Notes: generated from the sequence alone by a model not told the origin. DNA of 64,000 bases from Blepharisma stoltei ATCC 30299 (GCA_965603825.1 CBFDEM010000033.1:62001-126000); one strand, 5' to 3'; counted from the stretch's first letter, positions 1-10,972 are shown. Numbers and translations: made by a program.

Positions 1-354
1 AAAGATGCAGACATAACTATGATATATCTTAATGATGATAGAATAGAAGACTGCTGGAGCAGTATGAATGCTAGGCCTGACCCAGATATTGAGGTAGAAG
101 GCTTTGATAGTTTAACAGAAAAATCAGTTAATGTTGTCGATGACTATAAGGTTTATACATGGATTAAAATGATGAATACAGGCGATGAAAAAGATATGGT
201 TCTATCACAAGGTGCTCAAGCTGGCATTATATGGGCATATGGGGCTGTTAATTCTGAAGGAAAACCTAAAAAGCATAAAGGAACAGATAGAGGATATCAT
301 GAAATTACACTTTCAGAAGACTTTAATGATGGAGAAATCGTTTCCTTAATCTAA
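1..354 (+). CDS. DOMON-domain protein, 5' end outside the window
   Basis: Frame is open from base 1 (KDADITM...). DOMON-like motifs DADI, D.WS...PD, NTGD..D, IIWAYG and H....RG. The exact 3' end is uncertain. Confidence 0.6.
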   Translation, partial: KDADITMIYLNDDRIEDCWSSMNARPDPDIEVEGFDSLTEKSVNVVDDYKVYTWIKMMNTGDEKDMVLSQGAQAGIIWAYGAVNSEGKPKKHKGTDRGYHEITLSEDFNDGEIVSLI

Positions 355-508
355 TTCAGTTTTATTTTTTGCTATTTAGTGAGTGATAAAATGCCATTTT
401 TGCTGTTTATATAAATATTTCTTATAATTTTTATGTTAAATTCAATATGCATTATTCCATTCTTATATTATTAGATATATTTTAGTGCAATACCAAAAAA
501 ATTCACGA

Positions 509-1453
509 TTATTTTTTACTTTGGCCGAAATTTTCACTTTTTTTCTCTTCTTTCACTTCTCTTTTTTTCGGTCCTATCAAGATCCAGTCAAAAATAAAAT
601 CCACCTCCCTGAATTCTTTATTATACAAATCCTTAAACAGTCTTTTGATATAAGCATAATCAGGTCTATCTTCGAATCCCAAAGATTTGCAATAGGTAAT
701 ATAAGTTTGGAATTCTATAGGAAACCCTCTGCATAAAGCTTCTGTGCTTGTCCCAACTTTTCTTTCTAATATTCTATCATATTTTTCCTTTTTATTAGAT
801 CCTGCTAATCCTTGTCAAGGTAAAGATCCTCTTAAAAAATACATAAAAACATATCCCAAGCCTTCTAAATCGTCTCTTCGTGACTGCTCAATGCCCATAT
901 GGGTATTTATCGATGCATATCTGGCAGTTCCAGTTAAATTTTTCCCTTCAACATATTGAATATGCTGGTTTGTCTTTGGGTCTCTGTATTTTTTCGCCAA
1001 TCCAAAATCAATTATGTGTAATAAATTGCATTTTCTGCCTAGTCCTATTAAAAAGTTGTCTGGCTTCACGTCTCTATGTAGGAAGTTTTTAGCGTGCATG
1101 TATTCAATACGCGAAATCATTTGTTCAGCAACCATTAAGGTTGTTTTGAGAGAAAAACGTCTTTGGCAATAATTAAATAAATCTTCAAGAGATGGGCCTA
1201 GTAAATCAATTATGAGGACATTAAATTCTCCTTCAACCCCAAACCAGTGGATTGCTGGAATTCCTGGGCCTCCCTGGATGATGCGATATATACGTGACTC
1301 ATATAATAATTGGGGATGGCGAGTTTTTACGTTTTCTAATTTTATCGCGACTTCTTCATTAGTTTGGATATTCGTCCCTAGATAAATTTCCCCGAAACTC
1401 CCGTTGCCTATTTTTCTTCCTAGCCTATATTTTCCACAGATTCGAATTTCCAT
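509..1453 (-). CDS. CK1: Casein kinase 1 (delta/epsilon-like), about 314 aa
   Basis: [36 protein letters not shown] and SRRDDLE. TGA at 815-817 sits at the conserved LPWQGL Trp. The frame continues through FEDRPDY and FDW to TAA at 509-511. Confidence 0.95.
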
Positions 1454-1869
1454 TATTTAAAAACTTATCAATTTTTAAGAATTGAAAAAGGAATTAAGCT
1501 TGATTATAATAAAAATAATTAATTGTTTAGATTTTAGCTGTCAAGATCCTAAACTGAGTAATTTTCGCGTCTTCATACTCAATATATTCAAAGCACTATT
1601 ATGAAGCTATCGAATTCATACTTTATAGCTTATTAAAATGCAATATGAATTGCTAATATAATGGGCTGAAATCATAAATTAAATAAATTATAATTTGTTA
1701 AACTTGTGCATCAGAACTGATTATATATTTCGATATTTTATTTATCCGAGCAAATTAACAAAAGCTATGCAGTTTAACTTTATTATTTTAATATAAAGAT
1801 CTTCTTCTATATTATTACTTGATTCTTTTATGTTAACTTTTATAATCTCAATATCTTTGTACTCGAGAT

Positions 1870-2330
1870 TGATTTATTAAAGAATTGAGTAATTTTCTTT
1901 TAAACTTCAATAATCCAAATCTCAGAAATTTTGCATCATATCAAAATATATGTTTTTGACTAGAATCTCCCCTATATCAGGCAAATTTAAACTATGCAGC
2001 TCCTCTATGCTTAATAAGTGAAAAAATTGCTTCTCCTCTTTTAGCTTCAACATAAGAACAGCTCTTCTCTCACAATTCTGGACTTATAACGAAATACACA
2101 ATCAATTTTACCTCAATAGGTATTCCTTGTAAGAAATCTGATACATAATGACACCAGCTCCAGACAAATATTCTCAGATATCACGCCTCTCTCGAATATC
2201 AATAAAATTTGTGGGTATTGGCTTATGCTAGCCTATTAAAGCAGTTATAGCAGCCAGCTTCAGGCCGAATTGAAGTCTTGAAAACTGTAAATATCTTAGA
2301 TCCACACTTAGATCAATCTCAATTCGTCTA
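1870..2330 (-). pseudogene. Degenerate duplicate of the 2636-3442 sequence
   Basis: Shares AITALIG.HKPIP, MYQISY and NLPDIG with the adjacent copy but has in-frame TAG/TAA. Boundaries are approximate. Confidence 0.55.
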
Positions 2331-2635
2331 AATCCAAAAAGGAAAGGTTTCTTCAAACCAGCGATAATAGATCCCTTGAGCACAAATTTATTATGCTTAA
2401 AATAGATTTTTATTGCTATATCTCCATGAGAAATTCTTGGTTTTTCGTTAGAATCTCTCTGTTTTTTTTATTTTAGGCCTTTATACGATAAAACTTGCCT
2501 TGTTCTGATTCTAGGCAGTTTTTAAATGATAATATGAAATCTTCAATTTAAAAATTTTATTTGACTTTCTGCCCATATTTATAGCTATTATCAATTAAAA
2601 TTAGACCCTTTATTTTTAATGGTATCAGCTTATTT

Positions 2636-3442
2636 TTTTAGCCTTCAATAATCCAGAACTCAGTGACTTTTGCATCAAAATCTATTTCTCCAAAGCTGTT
2701 TCTGATTTCAATGATCCCTCCTATATCAGGTAAATTTACGCTATACGACTCTATGCTTGATAGATGATAAAAAATTGCTTCATCTCTGCTGGCTTCTGCA
2801 TACGAGCAGGTTTTTCTGTTAATCTCTCACAATAGATTAACGAAATAAACAATCATCTTTCTTGGTAAGAAATTTGATACATAAGGACATCAGCCAGAGC
2901 TAATAGTTCTTTAACTTCGCAATTCTCGTCATTATCGGCAAAACTGCTAGGAATTGGCTTATGCAAACCTATTAAAGCAGTTATGGCTGATAGCAATTCA
3001 TCATAAAAGAACGTTGTATATTGTAAAGGCCTCAGTTCTAGTGTGAGATCCATACCAATTTGTCCAGAAAGCCAAAACTCAGATACTTCTTCATCATCTT
3101 CAAATAAGCGGTACCTAACAAGTGGAGCATTACAACCATATCAGTATTCTATATAGCTTTTTAGTGTTCATTTGGCTGGAGGAGGAGGAGGACGAGGAGG
3201 TACTTTATGGATTTCAATGATATCTCCTTTTGCTATTGCTTCAAAGCAATGATAATCAAGATATGCTTCTATTGGTTTTGAATTTGGCAAAAAGCCTTGT
3301 TCAGGAGGTCTTTTATGGACTTCTAAGATCTCTCCTCTTGGTATTACCTCAAAACAACGACTATTAAGACATTCTTCTATTTCTCATAAATTTGCAATAA
3401 GACTTCTTCAATGAGCAAGGTTTTTCTTTGCTTGCTATCCAT
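2636..3442 (-). pseudogene. Frameshifted hypothetical gene with an internal 26-aa repeat and a poly-Pro run
   Basis: ATG at 3442 meets TAG after 21 codons. A long frame (TGA=Trp) carries IEECLNSRCFEVIPRGEILEVHKRPP and IEAYLDYHCFEAIAKGDIIEIHKVPP. A further frameshift lies near 2770. Confidence 0.45.
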
Positions 3443-3846
3443 AAGTTTATTAAATTATAAAAATAAAATAAGCCCCCAATTTTAAGCTTACAATATCTCT
3501 TTTTGAGAGAAAGTTCAATGCCGAGCATGCGAACTTTGGGATTATTTTTTATATAAAAATACGAATAAATAATACTTTAATCTATTTTTTTCCATAACTA
3601 GCCTAGCTGCTTGCAGTTTATAAATTTTTGACTATAGAATTCAGGCCTTGATAGGCAAAAAGATTTTCGAATTTACCATATTTTAAAAAAAGTCAAGACT
3701 TAATAATAAACAATTTGGCTTCTTTAAAATTATCCTTGTTATATCTGTTTTAACTAGCAAATGGAGCACAAACAATAATTTATAGCAGATAATTTAAGAT
3801 TAAGCTATCCATAAATTTGATAATAAATAAGAAGATAATTAAATAC

Positions 3847-4284
3847 TTACAAGTACTCTTCTAATCTCTGATACCCATACTCAATCAATTGTTTCTCAAA
3901 CCCTAAATTTGGCTGGATAAAGTCTCTTTTGCTTTTAACAAACCCATAAGCTTCCTCATAAAAAATATTATGCTTAGCCATCAAGTATGCAATAACAATG
4001 GCTGGACTCCTTGAAACCCCTGCTACACAGTGCACTAAAACTTTTTCTCCTTTTAATATTTGTCTATTTATAAAATAAATAGCATCAGGCAGCTCATCAA
4101 TTAAATTCTCATCTTCCTCATCTCTAAGCCTTACATAGTAATACTTAATGCCTTTAAATCTTTTGTTATATGTCGGGTTGTCTAAGACTTGGACAATATT
4201 TTTTATCCCAGTTTTCCTGATTAATCTTTCATTATCAGCATCTTGTAAACTCCCTAGATATAAGCTAGTTTCTATTTCATGCAT
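3847..4284 (-). CDS. Small dual-specificity protein phosphatase
   Basis: LYLGS, D.E.ENL, VLVHCVAGVSRS (HCX5R), AYLM and IQPNLGF..QL. Confidence 0.92.
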   Translation of the reverse strand: MHEIETSLYLGSLQDADNERLIRKTGIKNIVQVLDNPTYNKRFKGIKYYYVRLRDEEDENLIDELPDAIYFINRQILKGEKVLVHCVAGVSRSPAIVIAYLMAKHNIFYEEAYGFVKSKRDFIQPNLGFEKQLIEYGYQRLEEYL

Positions 4285-4304
4285 GTTAAAAATATGGGTT
4301 ATTT

Positions 4305-4835
4305 TTATATTAAATTTAAACTTTCTTTATAAAGATCTTCCACGCATTTCTTATAGTCACTAAAACTTAAAGGGACTTTGCAGAAACTGAACAGGATCAT
4401 GTCAGTTTTCGGGACTATTGCTAGCGCTATTTGTGAGCTCGATATAGAATACTCCCTTGCTAGGAACTCTGTTTTAAGCTCGATATTTGAAAATTTCAGT
4501 GCTTCAAGCCCAGCATTCATGCAAGATGACAGCAAATTGCAGCCATGGGACAAAATTTGGAAATTTAGCATGATGGACAAGTATGGGTATTTTGATGTGT
4601 CAATAATTGAAGAAAAAAAGGTTTTTAAGATCTGCTCGTGAGAAGAAGTATCGATACTGAATAAGCAGTCTGAAAGGACTACGTCAATGATTGCAGATTG
4701 GAAGTCACTTTTTTGAGAGAAACGTGACTCATATGGGCCATAGACTGCTGCGATTATTTGAGTGTCATTGTAAGTGTATCTTGAATAGCCCATTGAAGGC
4801 CATGCTGAGTCTACTAAACTGCTTGGCTTGTTCAT
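4305..4835 (-). CDS. Exosome RNase PH-like subunit, Rrp46-like
   Basis: G.S.Y....TQIIAAVYGP, I.....YP and Q.LS.G.NLLS..MNA...AL follow the RNase PH pattern. Confidence 0.7.
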   Translation of the reverse strand: MNKPSSLVDSAWPSMGYSRYTYNDTQIIAAVYGPYESRFSQKSDFQSAIIDVVLSDCLFSIDTSSHEQILKTFFSSIIDTSKYPYLSIMLNFQILSHGCNLLSSCMNAGLEALKFSNIELKTEFLAREYSISSSQIALAIVPKTDMILFSFCKVPLSFSDYKKCVEDLYKESLNLI

Positions 4836-4984
4836 AATTATTTTAATATTTTATTGAAAATCTATAGGTGTAATATTTTATGTATTGCTTATTAAATGTG
4901 AGGCAGGCTTAGTATTTTACATTCTCAGCCCATTTATTTTAACATAATTATCACCTATTATATCATTGTTTTTACTAATAAAAG

Positions 4985-7009
4985 ATGAATCAAGAGCAGC
5001 TTGAAGAGTATGATGCTCTCCAACTGATATATCCAGATATCATTACAAAGATAAATGACACCTCTTTTGATATCACAATAGAGTCTGATTCTAATGAAGA
5101 ATTCCCATGCGGGGTCAAGCTTTCTATAGTCTTAACCCCTACATATCCTCAAAAGCCTCCAAAATACTCTTTAGTTTCTCTCTACAAGCTGGATGCAAGC
5201 GCTCTTTCATCTTTAACACAAATTGTCAAAGACATAGTAGACCGAGACTTAGGAAATCCTATGATGTTTGATATTATAGATGGAACTAGAGAATGACTAA
5301 ACAGCTATAAACTTGTCAGCGAAGCTGAACCCATTGAGAATCCTGCCAAACCGAAAGAAAAATCTAAAGAAAAATCAAAACCTAAAAGAAAATCCAAAGA
5401 CAAATCAAAGCCTGTCACAAGAAATGTTCAGGACTTAACCTGTATCAGTTTTAGTGACTTTGAAAGAAAAGAATACAGAAAAAACAGAAACAAAAAGAAA
5501 GCGCCTCCTAAGCCAAAACAAAAGCTAGGTTTTAAAATGCTAAAAATTGGAGCTGAGATAAAAGAAGTCAATGAAAATCAAGAAGTTGAAGAAGAAAAAA
5601 TTGTGACAAAAGCCAAAAGGACACCAAAAATAGTCACTGAAAAGCCAATTGATAAAGAAGCTTTAATTGTAAAATTGAAAGAAGCCTCAGAATTAGCTGA
5701 GCCAAGTGTAAAGCCAGCTGTTAATGTTTTATTTATAGGACATTTAGATTCAGGCAAATCTACTATTTGTGGGAATTTATTATTAATGACTGGGAATATT
5801 GATCAAAGAACTTTAGAAGCCTATGAACAAGAAGCAAAAGAATATGGCCGAGACGCCTGATGCCCCGCTTATATAATGGACCAAAACCCAGAAGAGAGAC
5901 AACGTGATCTTACCATTGAGGTCGGAAAAGCTTCTATTGAAACTTCTACCAAGCGGCTTTCTATTCTTGACGCCCCAGGCCACAAAGCATTTATCCCTAA
6001 TATGATAGAAGGTACCATTCATTCTGACTATGCTGTACTTGTGATTTCAGCCAGAATCCAAGAGTTTGAAAACGACTTCGACAAATCTGGGCAAACTCGA
6101 GAACATTCCTATATCGCAAAATGGCTAGGAATCAGCAAATTAATCATCCTTATCAATAAAATGGACGACCCATCTGTAAATTGGTCTCAGGAGCGCTTTT
6201 TCCAAATACAGTCTGCAATGTCACAATTTTTGATAGAAAAATGTAAATATGAGCCTGAAAATTTAAGCTGGATTCCGACTGCAGGGATTTCTGGACTAAA
6301 TATAGTGGAAAAAATAAATGGCTGGTATCAAGGCCCGACCCTTTATGAGAGCCTTGAAACTTTAAATGTACCTGAAAGGGCAAATGGGAATGCACTAAGG
6401 ATACCTATATTAGATAGGACAAAGGATCAAGGCATAACTGTTTTTGGCAGAATTGAAAGCGGGCAGGTGGTAAAAGGCTTAAAAGTGATGGTAATGCCTA
6501 TAAGAGCAAAAGGAGAAATCATTGATATTATTGACCCTGACGAAAATTACCTTATGTATGCAAATTCTGGGGAAATCGTAAAAATTAAGCTAAAGCTATC
6601 AGAAGAAATCAACGTCCAGCGTGGGTTTATTATATGTGATATCCATGACTACTCTAAATCTACAGACGAAATTGTTGGAGATGTGCAGCTTTTAGACCTT
6701 TTAGACGACAAACCTTTGATTTCTTCAGGCTACAGATGCTTAATTCATGCACGCGCTGCATTTGAAGAATGCGAAATTTCTGAAGTTATAGCCAAAATTG
6801 ACGAAAAAAAGGGAAAAAAGCTGAGAATTCCTTATGCATATTCTAATCAAAGGGTAATTATGAGAATAAGAATTGATGACGAGATAGCTGTCGAATTAAG
6901 CTCCAAAAATAACCAGATAGGAAAATTCATATTAAGGGATAGGGGCAAGACCATTGGGCTCGGAAAAGTTGTAGACGTAGAAGATACAGAAGCTGAAGAA
7001 GATAGGTAG
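4985..7009 (+). CDS. RWD-domain plus eRF3-like translational GTPase fusion, 674 aa
   Basis: Three track ORFs lie in one frame, separated only by TGA (5294-5296, 5858-5860). RWD motifs: EQLEEYDALQLIYP, YPQKPP, LGNPMMFDII...EWL. Lys-rich linker. G domain: GHLDSGKST, DAPGH, GQTREH, NKMDDPSVNWSQERF. C-terminal GKFILRD.GKTIG.GKV. Confidence 0.88.
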
Positions 7010-7023
7010 ATTATTTATTAAGT

Positions 7024-7740
7024 TTATCCTTGATTTATAGCTTTTTCCTTAGCAGCAAGCATTTCTTCCGCTTTTTTGATGATGCTGTCATGGATTTTCT
7101 GGACTTCTTTTTGTAAATTTTTTACGTCGTCTTCGCCTATGCTTGTGATATCTTTGATTTGGCTTAAAGCATGTGTACGACGATTCCTAATTGAGTTTTT
7201 AGTTTCTTCTAAATATTGTTTAGCTTGCTTTATCAGCTCATTTCTCATCTCTTTTGTAGGCTTTGGGATGGACACTGAAATAGTCCCAGAGCCTTCTTTT
7301 CTGCAATTGACATTCAAATTTGCTGCTTGTATAGCTGTAATTATAGCGTCTGTATTTGCAGCATCAAATGGCTTTATAGAAACCTCACTAGCATTTCTCA
7401 TAGCGACTTGGGCTAGATTTGACAAATTATCATGCTTAGAAGTCACATAAAGCTCATCAAAAATCCTAGGGTCGCCTCTAGAAAGGGTGACTCTTTGTAA
7501 GCATTCTTCGAAATGTTTTAATGGCTTCGCCATGTCTTTTTTTATAGGCTCAATGTCAAATTCTTCGTCAACTTCTTCGTCAGATTGATTTCTATTCTTT
7601 CCTTTGCCTTTCTTGTCATTGTCTTTTCCTTTCTTTTTGCTAGCGAAAAATCGGACTGGTTGATATGAAAGTGGCGGGAGTCTATGGAGGGGGTAAGAAA
7701 AGCTAAAAGTTCTAAAGAGTCGTGCTAAGCGGAATGCCAT
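7024..7740 (-). CDS. MRRF: Mitochondrial ribosome recycling factor
   Basis: Arg/Phe-rich presequence, NLAQV, IKPFD, AI..ANLN, IPKPTKEMR.EL.K, K.SIRN.R and EDD...LQKEVQKIHD. Confidence 0.88.
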   Translation of the reverse strand: MAFRLARLFRTFSFSYPLHRLPPLSYQPVRFFASKKKGKDNDKKGKGKNRNQSDEEVDEEFDIEPIKKDMAKPLKHFEECLQRVTLSRGDPRIFDELYVTSKHDNLSNLAQVAMRNASEVSIKPFDAANTDAIITAIQAANLNVNCRKEGSGTISVSIPKPTKEMRNELIKQAKQYLEETKNSIRNRRTHALSQIKDITSIGEDDVKNLQKEVQKIHDSIIKKAEEMLAAKEKAINQG

Positions 7741-7753
7741 TTATTAAGATAAA

Positions 7754-10045
7754 TTAGAGCTTTAAGCCTTTAAGTTTGCCTTCCTCTTGTCTTGTGCGAA
7801 TATATTTATTTGTATTCGCTAGATAAACTTTGATGTCTTGGCTTGCGTCACCTCCTAGTTTTTTCACTCCATTGTTGATGTTAGAAATCAAGTTGTTTAT
7901 TGAGTCAATTTCTATAGTCGGCACGTCTCTAAGTAGGAAACTGATATACTTATTCAAAGTGTCAATAAGCAGCATGACGCCTTCATTGGTACTTCCAATA
8001 TTCTCAGCACATTTTTCCGCCCTTTTGAGATAATGCAAAACTCTTTGGTCATTTCTGACGGCTTCAGTCCAAAATAGTTCAGTAGCTAGTAAAGCACCGC
8101 GGACTTCGGCAGTTTTTGTAGACTGCTTGTGGGCGTATTGGGCTGTATTGTGGACAAGGGTTTCTGAGTTTTCTTCTTCAAAGCAGTTTACGTAGGCTAA
8201 TGTTGATAATGCCAGGGTAATTGCGTTGGATTTTGCGGCGGCATCAGTAAGCTCGTCTTGGTATAAAATGAGGGCTTGAGATATGAATTCGTAAGCGATT
8301 TCTTCATGGGTCTTTTCTGGGTCGTGGTTGTGAATGCAAAGGGCACATTGTAAGCTTAACTTTAGGCCGAGTTCTGGGTCGACTTCTATGATTTTATTGA
8401 CAAGTTGTAGTAAAATCTTCAGAATGTGGTGAAAAGTGATTTCAGAGTCGTTGCTGTCAAGGTTAGGAACTAGCTTGATATATTTGAATAAAAGTGCTGG
8501 ATAAGTGTATTTAATTCTTCTGTTTCCTCCTTGTGAAAGTTTAGTTCTAAAAATGTGAAGGAGATGGAAATGGGTTTTCACATCAGGTCCTTTAATTAAG
8601 AAAATTATTTTTGCGACCCCTTGCTGCTCATCTTCAAACTCATAGGCTTCTGATTCTGTTGTATCATTAGCATCAACTAGCAATGAAGAAATATAGCTAA
8701 TTAATTTTTCAACGGTGTCCACGTCTGATAATTCTACCTTATTTGCGACCACAGCTTTGACTATTTTGAAGGCTACTTGTTTTCTTGATTGGAACTGCAA
8801 GTAGTTCATTAGTTTTGGATAGTTACTCATTGATAAGATCGCTAAGGATAAAGATTCTAATGGATGTGATAGCAGTTTCACTATCGTTTTCAATGATTCT
8901 TGATCAAGTCTTCCATCAGACTGATTTTTGTCAATTAAAGTGACGCAGGAATCCAAAATCAAATTGACATAATTAATGTTATCTGGATAACACCTTAATG
9001 ATAAACGTAAAAATGCTGCATTTAGCTCTAAAAACTTGGCAGTATCAGCTGGGTTGCTTTGTTCTTGGATTATTTTATCAATATAAGTTTTAACCAGGTC
9101 AAAAATATTAACCCTCTGGACTATCTCCAAATCTGCCTCTTTCGCAAAATCTGCAATTCTCGTTAACAAGTTGATGAAAATTCCTTTAATTTCTACAGCT
9201 GGCTGCAGCTGGGTGCAGGCTTCTAACAGAAGCTCAAGAGTATGCAGGTGATAGTCATCAGGGAAGGCTTGGATTATACAGTCCATTAAATACTGCTGAG
9301 AAATCGCGTCCTTGCTGGAAGTAACGATTTCTATGATTCTTGGCAAAACCACGCTTTGGTACAGCTCTAAATTGACGCCTTGTAGATTAGAAAGCCTGAC
9401 AATGTTTTCTCCGACAGTCACTTTTAAGTCGCTTCTTTCTTTTTCACGCTTGGTTTTGTCCCTGACAGTGCCTGTATGCTGCATTCTTACCCAAAGTCTG
9501 TTCATTTCTGAGAGATTTTGTAATAAGAAATCGACTGAATCAGTCACGTCGCCAGAATCTTCGTATTCTGAGCCTTTGTCAGGCAATTTGTCCTTGCAGA
9601 CTTTATTAAGATAATATCTTAAAAACAGCCCTCTCATAGGATGCTGGACTCCTTTAATCATTTCTATCAAGTCTTTCAGCACATCTTTTGCCGTCAGTTC
9701 TCTTGTTTTAATGTAAACGGACCCAGCTGCCACCAACAGGTACAATCTTGGCAAAATATTTGTAGTGTGCTGGATTTTTTCGTAAATTTCTGCAATTTTT
9801 CCAGTCCTACGGTGCTCTTCCATGAAATATGACTCAAGTCTGCTCATCTGGTCGAAAACCTGCATATATAGCTCAAAATACGCTTTTGGTGAGAGCAGAG
9901 AGGCTCGGAGTTCTGATATCATAATCGCTGCATGCTTAAGAACCTCTGGCATATTTGATGAATCTAGTGCTTTTTGCATTTGGAAAGCTTCTTGTTTAAC
10001 GATGGTGACTGATTCTTCAAGGTACTTTTCCTGCTCTTCGTCCAT
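7754..10045 (-). CDS. VPS35: Retromer cargo-recognition subunit Vps35
   Basis: ELR.SLLSPK.Y.ELYM, NILPRLYLL, GVQHPMRGLFLRYYL, EMNRLWVRMQH and QQYLMDCIIQAFPDDYHL. Confidence 0.97.
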   Translation of the reverse strand: MDEEQEKYLEESVTIVKQEAFQMQKALDSSNMPEVLKHAAIMISELRASLLSPKAYFELYMQVFDQMSRLESYFMEEHRRTGKIAEIYEKIQHTTNILPRLYLLVAAGSVYIKTRELTAKDVLKDLIEMIKGVQHPMRGLFLRYYLNKVCKDKLPDKGSEYEDSGDVTDSVDFLLQNLSEMNRLWVRMQHTGTVRDKTKREKERSDLKVTVGENIVRLSNLQGVNLELYQSVVLPRIIEIVTSSKDAISQQYLMDCIIQAFPDDYHLHTLELLLEACTQLQPAVEIKGIFINLLTRIADFAKEADLEIVQRVNIFDLVKTYIDKIIQEQSNPADTAKFLELNAAFLRLSLRCYPDNINYVNLILDSCVTLIDKNQSDGRLDQESLKTIVKLLSHPLESLSLAILSMSNYPKLMNYLQFQSRKQVAFKIVKAVVANKVELSDVDTVEKLISYISSLLVDANDTTESEAYEFEDEQQGVAKIIFLIKGPDVKTHFHLLHIFRTKLSQGGNRRIKYTYPALLFKYIKLVPNLDSNDSEITFHHILKILLQLVNKIIEVDPELGLKLSLQCALCIHNHDPEKTHEEIAYEFISQALILYQDELTDAAAKSNAITLALSTLAYVNCFEEENSETLVHNTAQYAHKQSTKTAEVRGALLATELFWTEAVRNDQRVLHYLKRAEKCAENIGSTNEGVMLLIDTLNKYISFLLRDVPTIEIDSINNLISNINNGVKKLGGDASQDIKVYLANTNKYIRTRQEEGKLKGLKL

Positions 10046-10232
10046 TATTTAATTGGGAATTTAGTGGAGAGAATATTTAGGCTTGTACAGAAAATGCAAA
10101 ATATGGGATCTTTGGCTGCTAAGTTTATTTCAGTTTATATGAGGAAGTAAGGATTATGATAGAAAGATATAAATTTTTGTAGGAAAATAAGGTCAAAATA
10201 TCTGATTAAAGTAAATAAAAAATAATCAATCT

Positions 10233-10735
10233 ATAATGATTATTTCCCTGAAAAACCACGACACTATTTTGCGATATGAATGCTGTTACCTGAAAATGGC
10301 TGAATACACAAAGCTAAATCCTAAAGATGTGAACGGCGCAAGGGAACTTTTCAGGTTAAGAGTAGGTTTTAACTGCACGAACTTGTGCAAATTTATAAGG
10401 CATCAGACGAAAAATACGATATGTGAACATTGCGACTGACAAATACAGGATGAAAAGCATTTAATAAAAGATTGTCCAAGGTTTAATAACGAAAGAACGA
10501 AATTACTAATGAATTTGAAGACATGCATAGATAGTGATGAAGATTTGAATTTGATGGATGTTGTGCTGGATTCTTGAAGATATGAAGAAAAAAAGAACAA
10601 GCTGGAATTGACAAGGAGTCAGGCTGACGAAATTGATGCTCATGCTAAGGAATTTATCAAGATAATTACGAAAAGCAAAAAATTAAGACGCCTTGGGCGT
10701 GATAAAACGTAAAATAAATAAAATAATGATTATTT
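10233..10735 (+). mobile_element. 5'-truncated non-LTR retrotransposon remnant (insert 10246-10722) with a 13-bp TSD
   Basis: ATAATGATTATTT is directly repeated at 10233-10245 and 10723-10735. The open frame (TGA=Trp) to TAA 10710-10712 encodes LFRLRVG and CEHCDWQIQDEKHLIKDCP, a C-terminal CCHC motif typical of LINE ORF2. Short TAAA-type tail. Confidence 0.85.
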
Positions 10736-10972
10736 TAGAATTAAGAAATAATTATGAAGAAACAAGATCAATAGAACTTTCAAATGTTTATTAAATATAT
10801 AAATGCTTTGGGATTTCTTGGTATATTTAAAAGCTTTTTTATTACTATTTTTTATTGTTTTAAGAAATATTTGTCAAAATATTAGCAAATTTTCGTTGTA
10901 CTCAAATTCCTTCTTAATATTCTATTAACTATAAATTTCAGCCCAAAACCAAGCTTATTAAACCATTTTAAA

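Noticed and set aside
485-1092. Plus-strand ORFs over CK1, and similar antisense ORFs over Vps35, RRF, GBP, LETM1 and the ARM genes
   Set aside because: Shadow frames opposite well-supported genes, with no motifs of their own.
4985-7009. Calling the GTPase HBS1 or EF1A, or treating RWD and GTPase as separate genes
   Set aside because: The motifs are eRF3-type, and the only separators are TGA codons at expected Trp positions in one frame.
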